In this document: piece after piece, positions 51,932 to 62,258 of the stretch
How positions within the stretch are numbered: position 1 is the stretch's first letter
How the letters are laid out: the number at the start of each line of letters is the position of its first letter
Source: an uncultured Actinomycetota bacterium
GTDB lineage: Bacteria; Actinomycetota; Actinomycetes; Propionibacteriales; Nocardioidaceae
Direction: 5' to 3'
Length of the DNA: 64,000 nucleotides
Assembly (NCBI GenBank): GCA_963845215.1
Contig: CAWJRK010000016.1
Span: 74,609 to 138,608, forward strand
Notes under the pieces: model-generated
Told to the model about the DNA's origin: nothing
Databases searched by the model: none
What the model saw: the letters and a program-made list of their open reading frames with translations, nothing else
Made by a program: the position numbers and the translations under genes

Positions 51932-53507
51932 ATGCTCGACCGCTCCAAGCGAGTGCAGCTCGGCATAGCCGCGCTGTGCTTCGTGCTGTTCGGGCTGTTG
52001 ACCCTCGGCGTCACCCAGGGATGGTCGTGGCTGCTCGACCTCGACGACCGCGGCCAGTCGGCGCGGGACTGGGCCATCGACGACGCCGGGCTGCGACGCT
52101 TCCTCCGCGGCGTCGAGATCGCCTTCTCGGCGGTCTGGCTCGGCGCGTACTCGCTGGTGCTCGCCATCCTGCTCTGGTCGCGCAAGCACCGTCGGGCGGC
52201 GGCGTACGTCGTCCTGGTGATGGCTGTCTCCTACGGCGCCTTCCGGGTGCTCAAGCTGCTCATCGAGCGCGACCGGCCCGACTGGCAGGTGATCGTCGGC
52301 CGGCACGGCACGCACGCCTTCCCGTCCGGCCACGCCACGATGACCTCGGCGTTCGCGGTGGTGCTGATCGTGCTGGCAGTGATGCTGCTGCGCCGCGCCA
52401 ACATCCGGCGCCTGGTCGGCCTGGGCGCTGTCCTGATGGCGGTCGCGGTGTGCCTCGACCGGGTGCTGCTCGGTCGCCACTACCCGAGCAGACGTCGTCG
52501 GCGGAGCGCTCCTCGGTGTCGGCCTGGCGCTGCTCGGGCTCGCGCTCTACAGCCCGCTCCCGCGCAGCCACGCCGAGAAGGTCGATCCGCTGCCCGAGAC
52601 GTTCCCCTCCGGCCGGAAGGTCGCGGTGGTGCTCAACCCGATCAAGGTGGAGGACGTCGGCCAGTTCCAGGCGATCGTCGACTCGATGGCCGCCGAGGCC
52701 GGGTGGTCGGCGCCCACCTGGCACCTCACCACGGTCGAGGACTCCGGCACCGGGCAGGCCGCCCGCGCGTCCGTCGAGGGTGCCGACCTGGTGATCGTCT
52801 GCGGTGGCGACGGCACCGTGCGCGAGGTGTGCGCGGAGCTGGCCGGCACCGGCATCCCGGTCGGGATCGTGCCTGCCGGCACCGGCAACCTGCTGGCCCG
52901 CAACCTCGACATCCCGCTCTACATCCGGGCCGCGATCGACATCGCCCTCACCGGCCAGGACCGCGCCATCGACATGGTCTCGGTGACCGGCGACGGCATC
53001 GACGACAGCCACTTCATGGTGATGGCCGGTATGGGCTTCGACGCCGCGATCATGGAGGGCGTCAACGAGCAGATCAAGGAGAAGGTCGGCTGGCTGGCCT
53101 ACGTGCTCTCCGCCCTGAAGTCCCTGATGTTCCCGGTGACCAGGGTCGAGATCTCGGTCGACGGCGGTGAGCCGACCACTCATCGCGCCCGCACGATCGT
53201 GGTCGGCAACGTCGGCTACCTCCAGGCCGGCATGCCCCTGCTGCCGGACGCCGCCATCGACGACGGCCAGCTCGACGTGGTGCTCCTCTACCCACGCCGG
53301 TTCCTGTCCTGGGTGCCGCTGGCCTTCCGGGTGCTGACCAAGCGCACCCGCACCGACGAGACCATCAACCGGATGACCGGTCGCACGGTGTCGATCAAGG
53401 CATCGGCCGACGTGCCCCGTCAGCTCGACGGAGACTCCATCGGACCCGGCAAGGAGCTGCACATGGAATGCATCCACGGCCGCCTGCTCGTGCGGGTGCC
53501 TCGATGA
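51932..53507 (+). CDS. PAP2 phosphatase fused to YegS-like diacylglycerol kinase (frameshift ~52490)
   Basis: K..IERDRP, FPSGH, DRVLLGRHYP; then LNP, GGDGT, PAGTGN, QLDGD. Confidence 0.85.
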
Positions 53508-53908
53508 CCGGCGCACCCGAGATGCCCGAGCCGCTCGCGGCCTGGCACCGGGTCGTCGAGAGCCGCGACCCGGCCGCTCTCGATGCGATCCTCGCCGACG
53601 ACTGCGTGTTCCGGTCCCCGGCCCTGCACAAGCCGCAGGAGGGCAAGGCCCTGACCACGATGTACCTCGCTGCGGCGATGGTGGTGCTCGGCCCGACCCT
53701 GCGCTACGTCGACGAGTGGTGGTCCGACGCGAGTGCGGTGCTCGAGTTCGAGGCCGAGGTCGGCGGGCTGACCGTCAACGGCGTCGACATGTTCCGCTGG
53801 GGCGCCGACGGCCGGCTGACGTCGTTCACGGTGATGGTCCGGCCGTTCAAGGGGCTGACCGCGCTGATGGAGGCGATGGCGGCCGAGCTCACGGCTGGCA
53901 CCGGCTGA
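53504..53908 (+). CDS. SnoaL/NTF2-like protein
   Basis: LADDCVFRSP, VNGVD, VMVRP. Confidence 0.8.
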   Translation: MTGAPEMPEPLAAWHRVVESRDPAALDAILADDCVFRSPALHKPQEGKALTTMYLAAAMVVLGPTLRYVDEWWSDASAVLEFEAEVGGLTVNGVDMFRWGADGRLTSFTVMVRPFKGLTALMEAMAAELTAGTG

Positions 53909-53927
53909 CCTTCCGCGACGGCACTTG

Positions 53928-55394
53928 TCAGTCGCAGCGCAGGGCCTCGCCGAAGACGGTGTCGAAGCAGTAGCCACCGAGGGCGATCGCGACCAGCTCG
54001 GGGCCGGCCTCCAGAGTCCAGACGTACACCTGCGTCGGCTTCAGCCGGTCCGGCTCGTCCTGCACCGGCTCGACGCCGGTGTACATCCGGTCGTCGGCAC
54101 CCACCCAGGTGCGGTACGACGACCCGTCCTCGAGGAAGCCGTTGCCGAACGGTGCTCCCGACGTCGCCACGTTCAGCAGGTCGCCGCTGAATCCGTCGGA
54201 ACCGGTCGCGACGTACGTGAACCGCGACGAGTCACCGCTCTCCTGCCGGAAGGCCAGCGAGAGCCCGTCGAGCATGCCGATCTGGATCGTGGTCGCGTAG
54301 AGCTGGGGTGCGCCACCAGCAGGGATCGGCAGCCGCTTCACGCCCGCGGTCGACGTGCGCACCACCAGCTCGACGTCACCGTCGCCGACCTGGTCGTCAA
54401 CGCCGGGAGCTGCCCCCTCGAGGCTGACCGTGTCGTCGACCTGGTCGAAGTCGACGTCGGTGGTGAAGGACTCCCCGACGCCGATCAGGTTGGTCTCCTC
54501 GGGGAGGAACGCCGGCAGGTCCTCACCCTCGTCGCCGGCGCAGGGCTCGCGCGTTTCCTCCACCTGGCTGATGCAGAGCTGGTCCTGAGCCACGGGCACC
54601 AGCCGGAGGCCGTCGATCTCCCACGACCACACCTGCGCGGCGTAGGGGTCGGGCACCTCGAAGCTCATGCCGTACCTGGCGAAGCTCCGCAGCGACCGCG
54701 ACGAGAAGAGCGAGGACTCGTCGGGGGAGATCCACCGGTCCGTCGCAAAGGCCAGGTCGGGGTCGTCGGGGTCGGGCACGTCGCCCCAGGACAAGGGGGC
54801 CGACCCGTCCTGCTCGAGCTCGACGAGCTGACCGTCGACCAGGTCGACGACGATCCAGTCGCTGGAGAGCCCGTCAGCCTGGTCGCGGTTGAGCATCAGC
54901 TCCTGCGAGCCGTCACCGTCGAGGTCGACGGGGTCCATGAAGTTGACCCCCACACCTCCGCTGTCCGTGACCCCGAAGACGGAACCGCCGCCGCTCAGGT
55001 CGGACTCGATCCGGATCCGCGGGCCGATCAACGGCTCGCCAGGTTCACTGCGCAGCCGCACGCGCTCCGGAGTGCCGTCGCCGTCGAGGTCGAACGCCTG
55101 TCGGTAGGTCACCGGCCAGTCGCCGCCGACATCGGTCTGCGGCGCGAGCGTAGGTGACGGACCTTCCGTGGCCGGAGGCATCGGGGAATCGTCGGACCCC
55201 AGGCCCCCGATCACGAAGGGCGCCGCGATCGCGGCGGCCGCGGCGGCGATGCCCACGGCGTACGCCGCGGGCCGGCGGAGAAAGGTGACGGTCGCGGGGA
55301 CCTCGGGCACCTCCGGGGCCCGCAGGTCTTCCGCGTGCACCTGGTCGGCCCGAGCGGCCAGGGCGGCGATCAGTCGGTCCTCGGTGGTGCTCAT
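53928..55394 (-). CDS. Putative anti-sigma factor, single TM, extracellular DxDGDG loops
   Basis: TEDRLIAALAARA N-terminus, TM segment, DLDGDG twice; coupled to the ECF sigma. Confidence 0.6.
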   Translation of the reverse strand: MSTTEDRLIAALAARADQVHAEDLRAPEVPEVPATVTFLRRPAAYAVGIAAAAAAIAAPFVIGGLGSDDSPMPPATEGPSPTLAPQTDVGGDWPVTYRQAFDLDGDGTPERVRLRSEPGEPLIGPRIRIESDLSGGGSVFGVTDSGGVGVNFMDPVDLDGDGSQELMLNRDQADGLSSDWIVVDLVDGQLVELEQDGSAPLSWGDVPDPDDPDLAFATDRWISPDESSLFSSRSLRSFARYGMSFEVPDPYAAQVWSWEIDGLRLVPVAQDQLCISQVEETREPCAGDEGEDLPAFLPEETNLIGVGESFTTDVDFDQVDDTVSLEGAAPGVDDQVGDGDVELVVRTSTAGVKRLPIPAGGAPQLYATTIQIGMLDGLSLAFRQESGDSSRFTYVATGSDGFSGDLLNVATSGAPFGNGFLEDGSSYRTWVGADDRMYTGVEPVQDEPDRLKPTQVYVWTLEAGPELVAIALGGYCFDTVFGEALRCD

Positions 55395-55936
55395 CGCTCC
55401 CCCTCCGTGATGTCAGTGTTCGTCGTGGTGCTGAGGGCGGCCTCGAGGGCGACCAGCGCCCGGCTCGCCGTGGACTTGACCGTGCCGCGCGCGATGCCCA
55501 GCGAGGTGGCGATGTCGGCCTCGGAGAGGTCGGACCAGTAGCGCAGCACCAGCACCTCGCGCTGGCGACGGGGAAGCGTGCCCAACGCGGCGAGCACCTC
55601 ACGGTGCTCCTCGGCCAGGACCGCCTGATGTTCCGGTGCCTCGAGGTCGGGTTCGTGAGGTGGCGAGTACGCGCGGGCCGTACGCCGGCGCCGCAGCGCC
55701 GAGCGGGAGCCGTTGACCACCGACGTGCGGAGGTAGCCCAGCGCCGCGGCGGGCTCCCGCAGCGCACCGCGGCGCGACGCCAGCGCGGCGAACGCGTCGT
55801 GCACGACGTCCTCGGCGGATGCCAGGTCGTCGACCAGCAGGATCGCCAGCCGCACCAGCGAGACCCGGTGCGCGGCGTACAGCTCGGCCAGCTCATCGGT
55901 CCCGAGTCCGGTGCGTGGCTTCACGTCTGTGGTCAT
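55391..55936 (-). CDS. ECF sigma factor (SigE family)
   Basis: AEDVVHDAF, LPRRQREVLVLRYW, GTVKSTASR. Confidence 0.92.
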   Translation of the reverse strand: MTTDVKPRTGLGTDELAELYAAHRVSLVRLAILLVDDLASAEDVVHDAFAALASRRGALREPAAALGYLRTSVVNGSRSALRRRRTARAYSPPHEPDLEAPEHQAVLAEEHREVLAALGTLPRRQREVLVLRYWSDLSEADIATSLGIARGTVKSTASRALVALEAALSTTTNTDITEGER

Positions 55937-56002
55937 ACCCCTAAGACGCCCGGAGTGCACCAAGGTTGCCCGGCTCGTCGGAATATCACTCCGCGGGCAG
56001 GG

Positions 56003-57449
56003 TCAGCGTCCGACCCGGAACACCTTCTTCGCGGTGTCCTGCTGACCCGCCGCGTCGGTCACGACCAGCGTCACGGTGTGCTTGCCGCGGTTGCGGAAGA
56101 CGTGCTCGATGCTCAGGGCCGGACGCGCGGCGCTTGCCGATCTTCCACCGGTACGCCGTGCCGCGGACACCGGCCGAGGAGCCGACGGCCCGGAAGGTGC
56201 AGCGCAAGCCGTCGCAGTCGACCGCGATCCGCGCCGTCGGTGGCGACTCGGCGTACACGCGGAGCAGGAGGTTGGGCGAGCCCTGACCGCGACTGCCGAC
56301 GACCCCTCGGGTGCCGTTCCGGAGAAGCAGGTCCTGTGCCTGACGCGGACCGAGTCCCGGCTTCTGGGCCCGGATCAGGGCCAGCGCTCCGGCGACGTGG
56401 GGCGACGACATGGACGTGCCGCTGTAGGCGACCCCACCGGTGTTCGAGTCCGCCTGCGCGCCGATGACGTCCACTCCGGGAGCGAAGATGTCGACGCAGC
56501 CGCCGTAGTTGGAGAAGCCTGGGCGCATGTCGGACCGGTTGGTGGCGCCCACCGTCACCACCTGCGGCTCGCCCGCCGGCGACTCCACGCAGGCGCTGCG
56601 GCCCGAGTTGCCGGCGGCGACCACCACCGCGACGCCGTGGTTGAGCAGGCCGCGCGCGGCGCGGTCGAGGGCGCCGACGCGCGCGTCGCTCGACAGCGAC
56701 ATGTTCACGATCGCGGGCGACTCGTGGTGGGCGGCGACCCAGTCGAGGCCGGCCAGGAACTGCGAGGTCGAGCCGGACCCGCCGCAGCCCAGCACCCGGA
56801 CGGCGTGCACCGTGGCCTGCTTGGCGATGCCCCACCGGGTGCCGGCGACGGTGCTGGCCACGTGGGTGCCGTGACCGTTGCAGTCACCCCAGCGGGCGGG
56901 GTCCGGCGCGGAGAGCAGGCCGCCGACGAAGTTGCGGCCGGCGCCCACCCGGCCGACGAGCTCGCGGTGCCCGGCCAGCCCGGTGTCGACGATGTAGACG
57001 TGCGCGCCGCGCCCGGCGCCGTCCGGGTAGGAGTAGCGCCCGTCGAGCTGGCGGCGCGCCTGGTCCGAGCGGTCGAGGTTCCAGCTCGGTCGGCGTTGGG
57101 TCGCGGCCGCCGTGACCGGCACGTCGAGCGAGACCGACTCCACGAGCGGACTGCGACGCAGGGCAGCGACGGCCACCGCCGGCAGTCGGGCCGCGAAACC
57201 GCGGAGCGCGGTGTCGTAGGTCAAGGTGAGGACGCCGCCGAGCCCACCGACCAGCGACCGGGCGAGCGTGGCCACCGGCCGGGCGACCGTGCCGGGCTCC
57301 GGATCACGCAGGACGACGACGTACGCCGCGAGGGGATCCGCCGAGGAGCTCTGGGCGTGGGACGTCGCGGTGGTCGTGAGGCCAGCGGACGTCAGGCCCG
57401 AAACAACCAGGCAGAGCGCCGCCAGGACGCCTCGTCGTTTTCCCAACAC
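56003..57449 (-). CDS. Secreted S8 subtilase with I9 propeptide and PKD tail (frameshift ~56115)
   Basis: IVDTG, HGTHVA, AAGN, SGTSMSSPHVAG. Confidence 0.92.
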
Positions 57450-57478
57450 CTCGTGACAACCCGTCCGGACGTCCGGGG

Positions 57479-57862
57479 TTACGCGCGGGCGGTGACTACT
57501 GCTTCTTCTTCCTCGGGCGAGAGCTGCTGGTCGCTCTTCCAGCCGGCGAGGTTCTTGGCGTAAGTGCGGGCCTCGCTGCGTCCGTGAATGGAGGTCAGCA
57601 CGACGCCGTTGCCGCCGTCGTCGACCAGGGCCAGCGACCACGAGAGATGCCCGCCCATGTCGCCGAACGCGTCGTAGCGGACCACCGCGAGATGCCGCAG
57701 CGCCTCGCTCGCCTCCGCGCTGAGCGCCGCCACCTCCTGGCGCAGCCCGAGCACGTCCTCGGGCAGCGCGTCGACATCCCCGCGCGGTGCGCGCTGCCGG
57801 CGTAGGGCGACTGCCAGCGCCGCGACCGATATCAGCAGAGCAAGGACGGCGACGACGATCAC
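57479..57862 (-). CDS. DUF4446-like protein
   Basis: VVRYDAFGDMGGHLSWSLAL, RTYAK, LSPEE. Confidence 0.75.
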   Translation of the reverse strand: MIVVAVLALLISVAALAVALRRQRAPRGDVDALPEDVLGLRQEVAALSAEASEALRHLAVVRYDAFGDMGGHLSWSLALVDDGGNGVVLTSIHGRSEARTYAKNLAGWKSDQQLSPEEEEAVVTARA

Positions 57863-57885
57863 CTTGCCGACACTAAAGTGCGGGG

Positions 57886-58731
57886 GTGACCGATCAGCGA
57901 CGCATCGCCTACCAGGGCGAGCCCGGCGCCAACTCCCATGCGGTGTGCACCCAGCACTACCCCGACTGGGAGGCGGTGCCCTGCGCGTCGTTCGAGGACG
58001 TCTTCGCTGCGGTGGTGAGCGGCGAGGCCGACCTCGCGATGATCCCGATCGACAACTCGATCGCGGGTCGGGTGGCCGACATCCACCACTTCCTCCCCGA
58101 CTCCGACCTGCACATCATCGCCGAGCACTTCCTGCGGATCCGCTTCCACCTGATGGGCGTGCCCGGCTCGTCGCTGGACACGATCACGACCGCTCACAGC
58201 CACGTGCACGCGCTCGGCCAGTGCCGCAAGATCATCCGCGAGCACAACCTCCGCACGGTGATCTCCGGCGACACCGCCGGCGCGGCGCGGGAGGTGGCCG
58301 AGGCCGCCGACCCGACCCAGGCCGCGATCTCCCCGCCGATGGCCGCGGAGATCTACGGCCTGGACATCCTCGCGGAGGACGTCGAGGACGAGGACCACAA
58401 CACGACGCGCTTCGTGGTGCTGTCGCGCGACTACGTGATGGCCCCCGCCGACAACGGGCCCGTGGTCACGTCGTTCATCTTCAACGTGCGCAACCTCCCG
58501 GCCGCTCTCTACAAGGCGCTCGGCGGGTTCGCGACCAACGGTGTCAACATGACCAAGCTGGAGAGCTACATGGTCGACGGCGCCTTCACCGGCGCCACAC
58601 AGTTCCTGGCGGAGGTCGACGGGCACCCCGACGACCTCGGGCTCAAGCGCGCGCTCGAGGAGCTGGCGTTCTTCTCGACCGACGTGAAAATGCTCGGCGT
58701 CTACCCCGCCGACCCCTTCCGGGGCGACTAG
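57886..58731 (+). CDS. pheA: Prephenate dehydratase
   Basis: YQGEPGANS, NTTRF, NMTKLES. Confidence 0.93.
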   Translation: MTDQRRIAYQGEPGANSHAVCTQHYPDWEAVPCASFEDVFAAVVSGEADLAMIPIDNSIAGRVADIHHFLPDSDLHIIAEHFLRIRFHLMGVPGSSLDTITTAHSHVHALGQCRKIIREHNLRTVISGDTAGAAREVAEAADPTQAAISPPMAAEIYGLDILAEDVEDEDHNTTRFVVLSRDYVMAPADNGPVVTSFIFNVRNLPAALYKALGGFATNGVNMTKLESYMVDGAFTGATQFLAEVDGHPDDLGLKRALEELAFFSTDVKMLGVYPADPFRGD

Positions 58732-58865
58732 CGAGGTGCACAGCAAGGTGCAGGTGCTCCGGGTGCTGCGCGTCGATGGGCGCTCGACAGCCGAGGTGAT
58801 GGCGGCCATCGCTGACCTCGAGGCCCAGGTCGCGTCGCTCGAGGCCCGGTTGGGACACTGAGACC

Positions 58866-59456
58866 GTGGATCTCGCGGCCGTCGTCCTGACCTTCGGGGC
58901 GATCTTCGTCGTCGAGCTGCCGGACAAGACGTTCCTGGCGACGCTGGTGCTGTCGACCCGCTACCGGCCGCTGCTCGTCTGGATCGGGGTCGGCCTCGCC
59001 TTCTCCGTGCAGACCGGGGTAGCCGTCGCACTCGGGCACGCGGCGTCGTTCCTGCCGTCCGAGATCGTGCAGGGAGCGTCGGTCGTGCTGTTCCTCGTCG
59101 GCGCCGTGGTGCTCATCCGCGAGGGCCGCGGGCACCAGCAGGCCGACGAGGACGAGTACGCCGAGCGCGCCCGGCCCGCCACCGGTCTCCGGGCGGTCGG
59201 GGCGTCGTTCCTGATCCTCTTCGCCGCGGAATGGGGCGACCTGTCGCAGCTGCTGACCATCTCGCTGGTGGCGAGGTACGAAGCTCCGCTCAGCGTCTTC
59301 ATCGGCGCCCTGGCCGCGCTGCTCACCGTCAGCGCCCTGGCCGTGATCGTCGGCCGCAACCTGATGCGCTGGATCCCCCTCCACGTGCTCCACTACGTCG
59401 GCGCCACCGTCTGTCTCGTCCTGGCTGCCCTCACGGCGTACGAGTTGGCCCGATAG
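58866..59456 (+). CDS. TMEM165/GDT1 (UPF0016) cation transporter
   Basis: ELPDKT and EWGDLSQ motifs. Confidence 0.9.
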   Translation: MDLAAVVLTFGAIFVVELPDKTFLATLVLSTRYRPLLVWIGVGLAFSVQTGVAVALGHAASFLPSEIVQGASVVLFLVGAVVLIREGRGHQQADEDEYAERARPATGLRAVGASFLILFAAEWGDLSQLLTISLVARYEAPLSVFIGALAALLTVSALAVIVGRNLMRWIPLHVLHYVGATVCLVLAALTAYELAR

Positions 59457-59530
59457 TCCGCCACGTACGGCACCTCCTGGGACAGCCAGCGGGTGCCATA
59501 CGTAGCGGACTATCGATCTAGAGTGCCGAC

Positions 59531-60752
59531 ATGAGCGCGACCCACGGTGCCGACAGCGAGGTCGGGCGGCTGCAGACGGTGATGCTGCACCGGCCCGGCA
59601 ACGAGCTCAAGCGGCTCACCCCCCGCAACAACGACAAGCTGCTGTTCGACGCGATCCCGTGGGTGGGGCGGGCCCAGGAGGAGCACGACGCGTTCGCGGA
59701 GACGCTCCGGGCGCGCGACGTCGAGGTGCTCTACCTGACCGACCTCCTCACCGAGACCCTCGAGCAGCCGGAGGCGCGAGCGCACGCGGTCAAGGAGGCG
59801 CTGGCCGACCTCGACCTCGGCGACACCATGCGCGGCTACCTCGAGGGCCTGCTGGGCGACGTCCTCCCCCGCCGAACTCACCGGCTACCTCACCGCCGGC
59901 ATCCGCAACGACGAGGTGCGCGGCGGGTTCGGGCTGGTGACCTCCCTCCTGGCGTACGACGACTTCCTCATCGACCCGTTGCCCAACCTGCTCTTCACCC
60001 GCGACTCCTCGGTCTGGATCCGCGACCGGGTCGCGATCACCTCGCTGGCGATGCCCGCCCGCAAGCGCGAGACCGAGCTGACCGAGCTGATCTACACGCG
60101 GCACCCGAGGTTCGCCGGCACGCCCCGGATCCACGGCTCGCACCGCGAGCACATGGAGGGCGGCGACGTGCTGCTGCTCTCTCCCGGAGTGGTGGCCGTC
60201 GGCGTGGGTGAGCGGACGACCCCTGCCGGCGCCGAGCGCCTGGCGCGACAGATGTTCCAGGCCGAGCTCGCGCACACGGTCCTCGCGGTGCCGATCGCGC
60301 AGGAGCGGGCGACCATGCACCTCGACACGATCTGCACGCTCGTCGACGTCGACAAGATGATCGTCTACCCCAACGTCGCGGACTCGCTGGTCGCCTACAC
60401 GGTGACCAGCCACGGCACCGAGCCGGACGGGGACCTGCTGCTCGACGTCGCGGACGCCGAGCCGTTCCTGGTCGCAGCGGCCAAGGCGATGGGCATCGAC
60501 ACGCTCAGCCAGATCGACACCGGCCTCGACCCGGTGACAGCCGAGCGCGAGCAGTGGGACGACGGCAACAACACCCTCGCCCTCGCCCCGCGCGTGGCCG
60601 TCGCCTACGAGCGCAACGACGAGACCAACGCCCGCTTGGAGGACGCCGGCATCGAGGTGGTCCGGATCGCCGGCTCCGAGCTCGGCTCCGGCCGCGGCGG
60701 ACCCCGGTGCATGAGCTGCCCGATCGCGCGGGAGCCGCTGGCGGCGCGGTAG
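59531..60752 (+). CDS. arcA: Arginine deiminase (frameshift ~59870)
   Basis: [34 protein letters not shown]. Confidence 0.93.
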
Positions 60753-60855
60753 TCACCTGCTGGCATTCACGTCGCTGGTGCTGGACAGCCTCCGGGCACT
60801 CGGGGATCATCACGCCCGGAGGGTTGTCCATCCGAGTGGCACCGAAAGGCTGACC

Positions 60856-61221
60856 ATGGCTTCGTTCTTCGAGAATTTCACCCCGCAAGAGGTGGCACGG
60901 ATCAGCGCGGCCGGCCGACGGCTGAAGCTGCCCGAGGGCTGGTCGCCCATCTGGGAGAACACCCCGGCAGACAAGGCCTACATCCTGCTCGACGGCACCG
61001 TCTCGGTGCGGCAGCACGGCCAGGAGATCGCCCAGATCGGCTCGGGCGAGATCTTCGGCGAGGCCGGCATCGTCGGCCATCACCTGCGCAACGCGAGCAT
61101 CGTGGCCCTGACGCCGCTCGACGTCATCCACTTCACCAACGACGACGTGCGCGGGCTGATGGAGGAGATGCCGTCGTTCAAGGCAGCGCTCGACGAGGTC
61201 ACCCAGTCCCGGCAGGGGTGA
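60856..61221 (+). CDS. Stand-alone cyclic-nucleotide-binding protein
   Basis: YILLDG, GEIFGE, RNASI. Confidence 0.85.
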   Translation: MASFFENFTPQEVARISAAGRRLKLPEGWSPIWENTPADKAYILLDGTVSVRQHGQEIAQIGSGEIFGEAGIVGHHLRNASIVALTPLDVIHFTNDDVRGLMEEMPSFKAALDEVTQSRQG

Positions 61222-62258
61222 ACGAAGCCGACGACCCGCTCGACCTCCCCGACCTCTCCGAGGCGCTGGAGGTCCTCGGGTCCTTCCTCCTGGGCGAGGC
61301 TCCGAGCCTCACGCGCGTCCAGGTGGCGGAGCAGGCGGGGGTGCCCCTGGAGGTCGCCCACGAGCTGTGGCGGCTGCTGGGGTTCCCGACCCAGACCGAT
61401 GAGGCCATTGCGTTCACGCCCGCTGACGTGCAGGCGCTGACCTACACCCACGACCTGATGGAGCTGGGCATCCTCAGCGCCGATCGGCAGGCCGCGCTGG
61501 TGCGCACCTGGGGCCGCTCGTTCGCGCGCCTGGCCGACTGGCAGACCAACCTGCTCACCACGGTCGCGCTCGAGAGCGGGGCCGACCCCGTCGAGACGCT
61601 CGCCCAGATGACCCAGGAGGTCCTGCCGCGGGTCGACGCGCTGCAGAGCTACGTGTGGCGGCGCCACCTGGTCAGCGCGGCCAACCGCGCGCTGGCTGTC
61701 GAGACGCCCGGCTCGGCCGTCGCCGACCTGGCCGTCGTCTTCGTCGACATCGTCGGCTACACCTCCCGCAGCCGGACCCTCTCGGAGCGAGAGCTGGTGG
61801 AGTGGCTCGAGCACTTCGAGGGCGAGACCCTCGGCCTGGCGGTCGACCGGGAGGTGCGGATCATCAAGAACATCGGCGACGAGGTGCTGCTCGTGGCCGA
61901 CAACGCTGCGGCGGCGGCCGACATCGCCCTGGAGATGACCCGCCGAGGCCAGGACGAGGACGACCGGTTCCCGAGCGTCCGGGCGGGCATCGCCTACGGT
62001 CCGGTGGTCAGCCGGCTCGGAGACGTGTTCGGTCCCACCGTCAACATCGCCGCCCGACTCACCTCGGTCGCCCGGCCCGGCACGGTCGTGATCGACCGCG
62101 GCGCCTACGAAGAGCTCTCGGGTCGAACAGACGAGGGCGAGGACGCCCCCGACCACAGCGACGACGCGTCGGCGTACACCCTGCGGCGCATCCGCAGGGT
62201 CTCGGTCAAGGGCTACTCACGCCTGGAGGCGTGGTCGCTGCGGTCTAGCGGATCGTGA
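61218..62258 (+). CDS. Class III adenylate cyclase with N-terminal regulatory domain
   Basis: FVDIVGYT, KNIGD, GDVFGPTVNIAARL. Confidence 0.9.
   Translation: MNEADDPLDLPDLSEALEVLGSFLLGEAPSLTRVQVAEQAGVPLEVAHELWRLLGFPTQTDEAIAFTPADVQALTYTHDLMELGILSADRQAALVRTWGRSFARLADWQTNLLTTVALESGADPVETLAQMTQEVLPRVDALQSYVWRRHLVSAANRALAVETPGSAVADLAVVFVDIVGYTSRSRTLSERELVEWLEHFEGETLGLAVDREVRIIKNIGDEVLLVADNAAAAADIALEMTRRGQDEDDRFPSVRAGIAYGPVVSRLGDVFGPTVNIAARLTSVARPGTVVIDRGAYEELSGRTDEGEDAPDHSDDASAYTLRRIRRVSVKGYSRLEAWSLRSSGS

Noticed and set aside
58731-58866. yybP-ykoY riboswitch upstream of the TMEM165 gene, or a 41-aa ORF at 58736-58861
   Set aside because: No riboswitch core recognised; the small ORF has no supporting motif.
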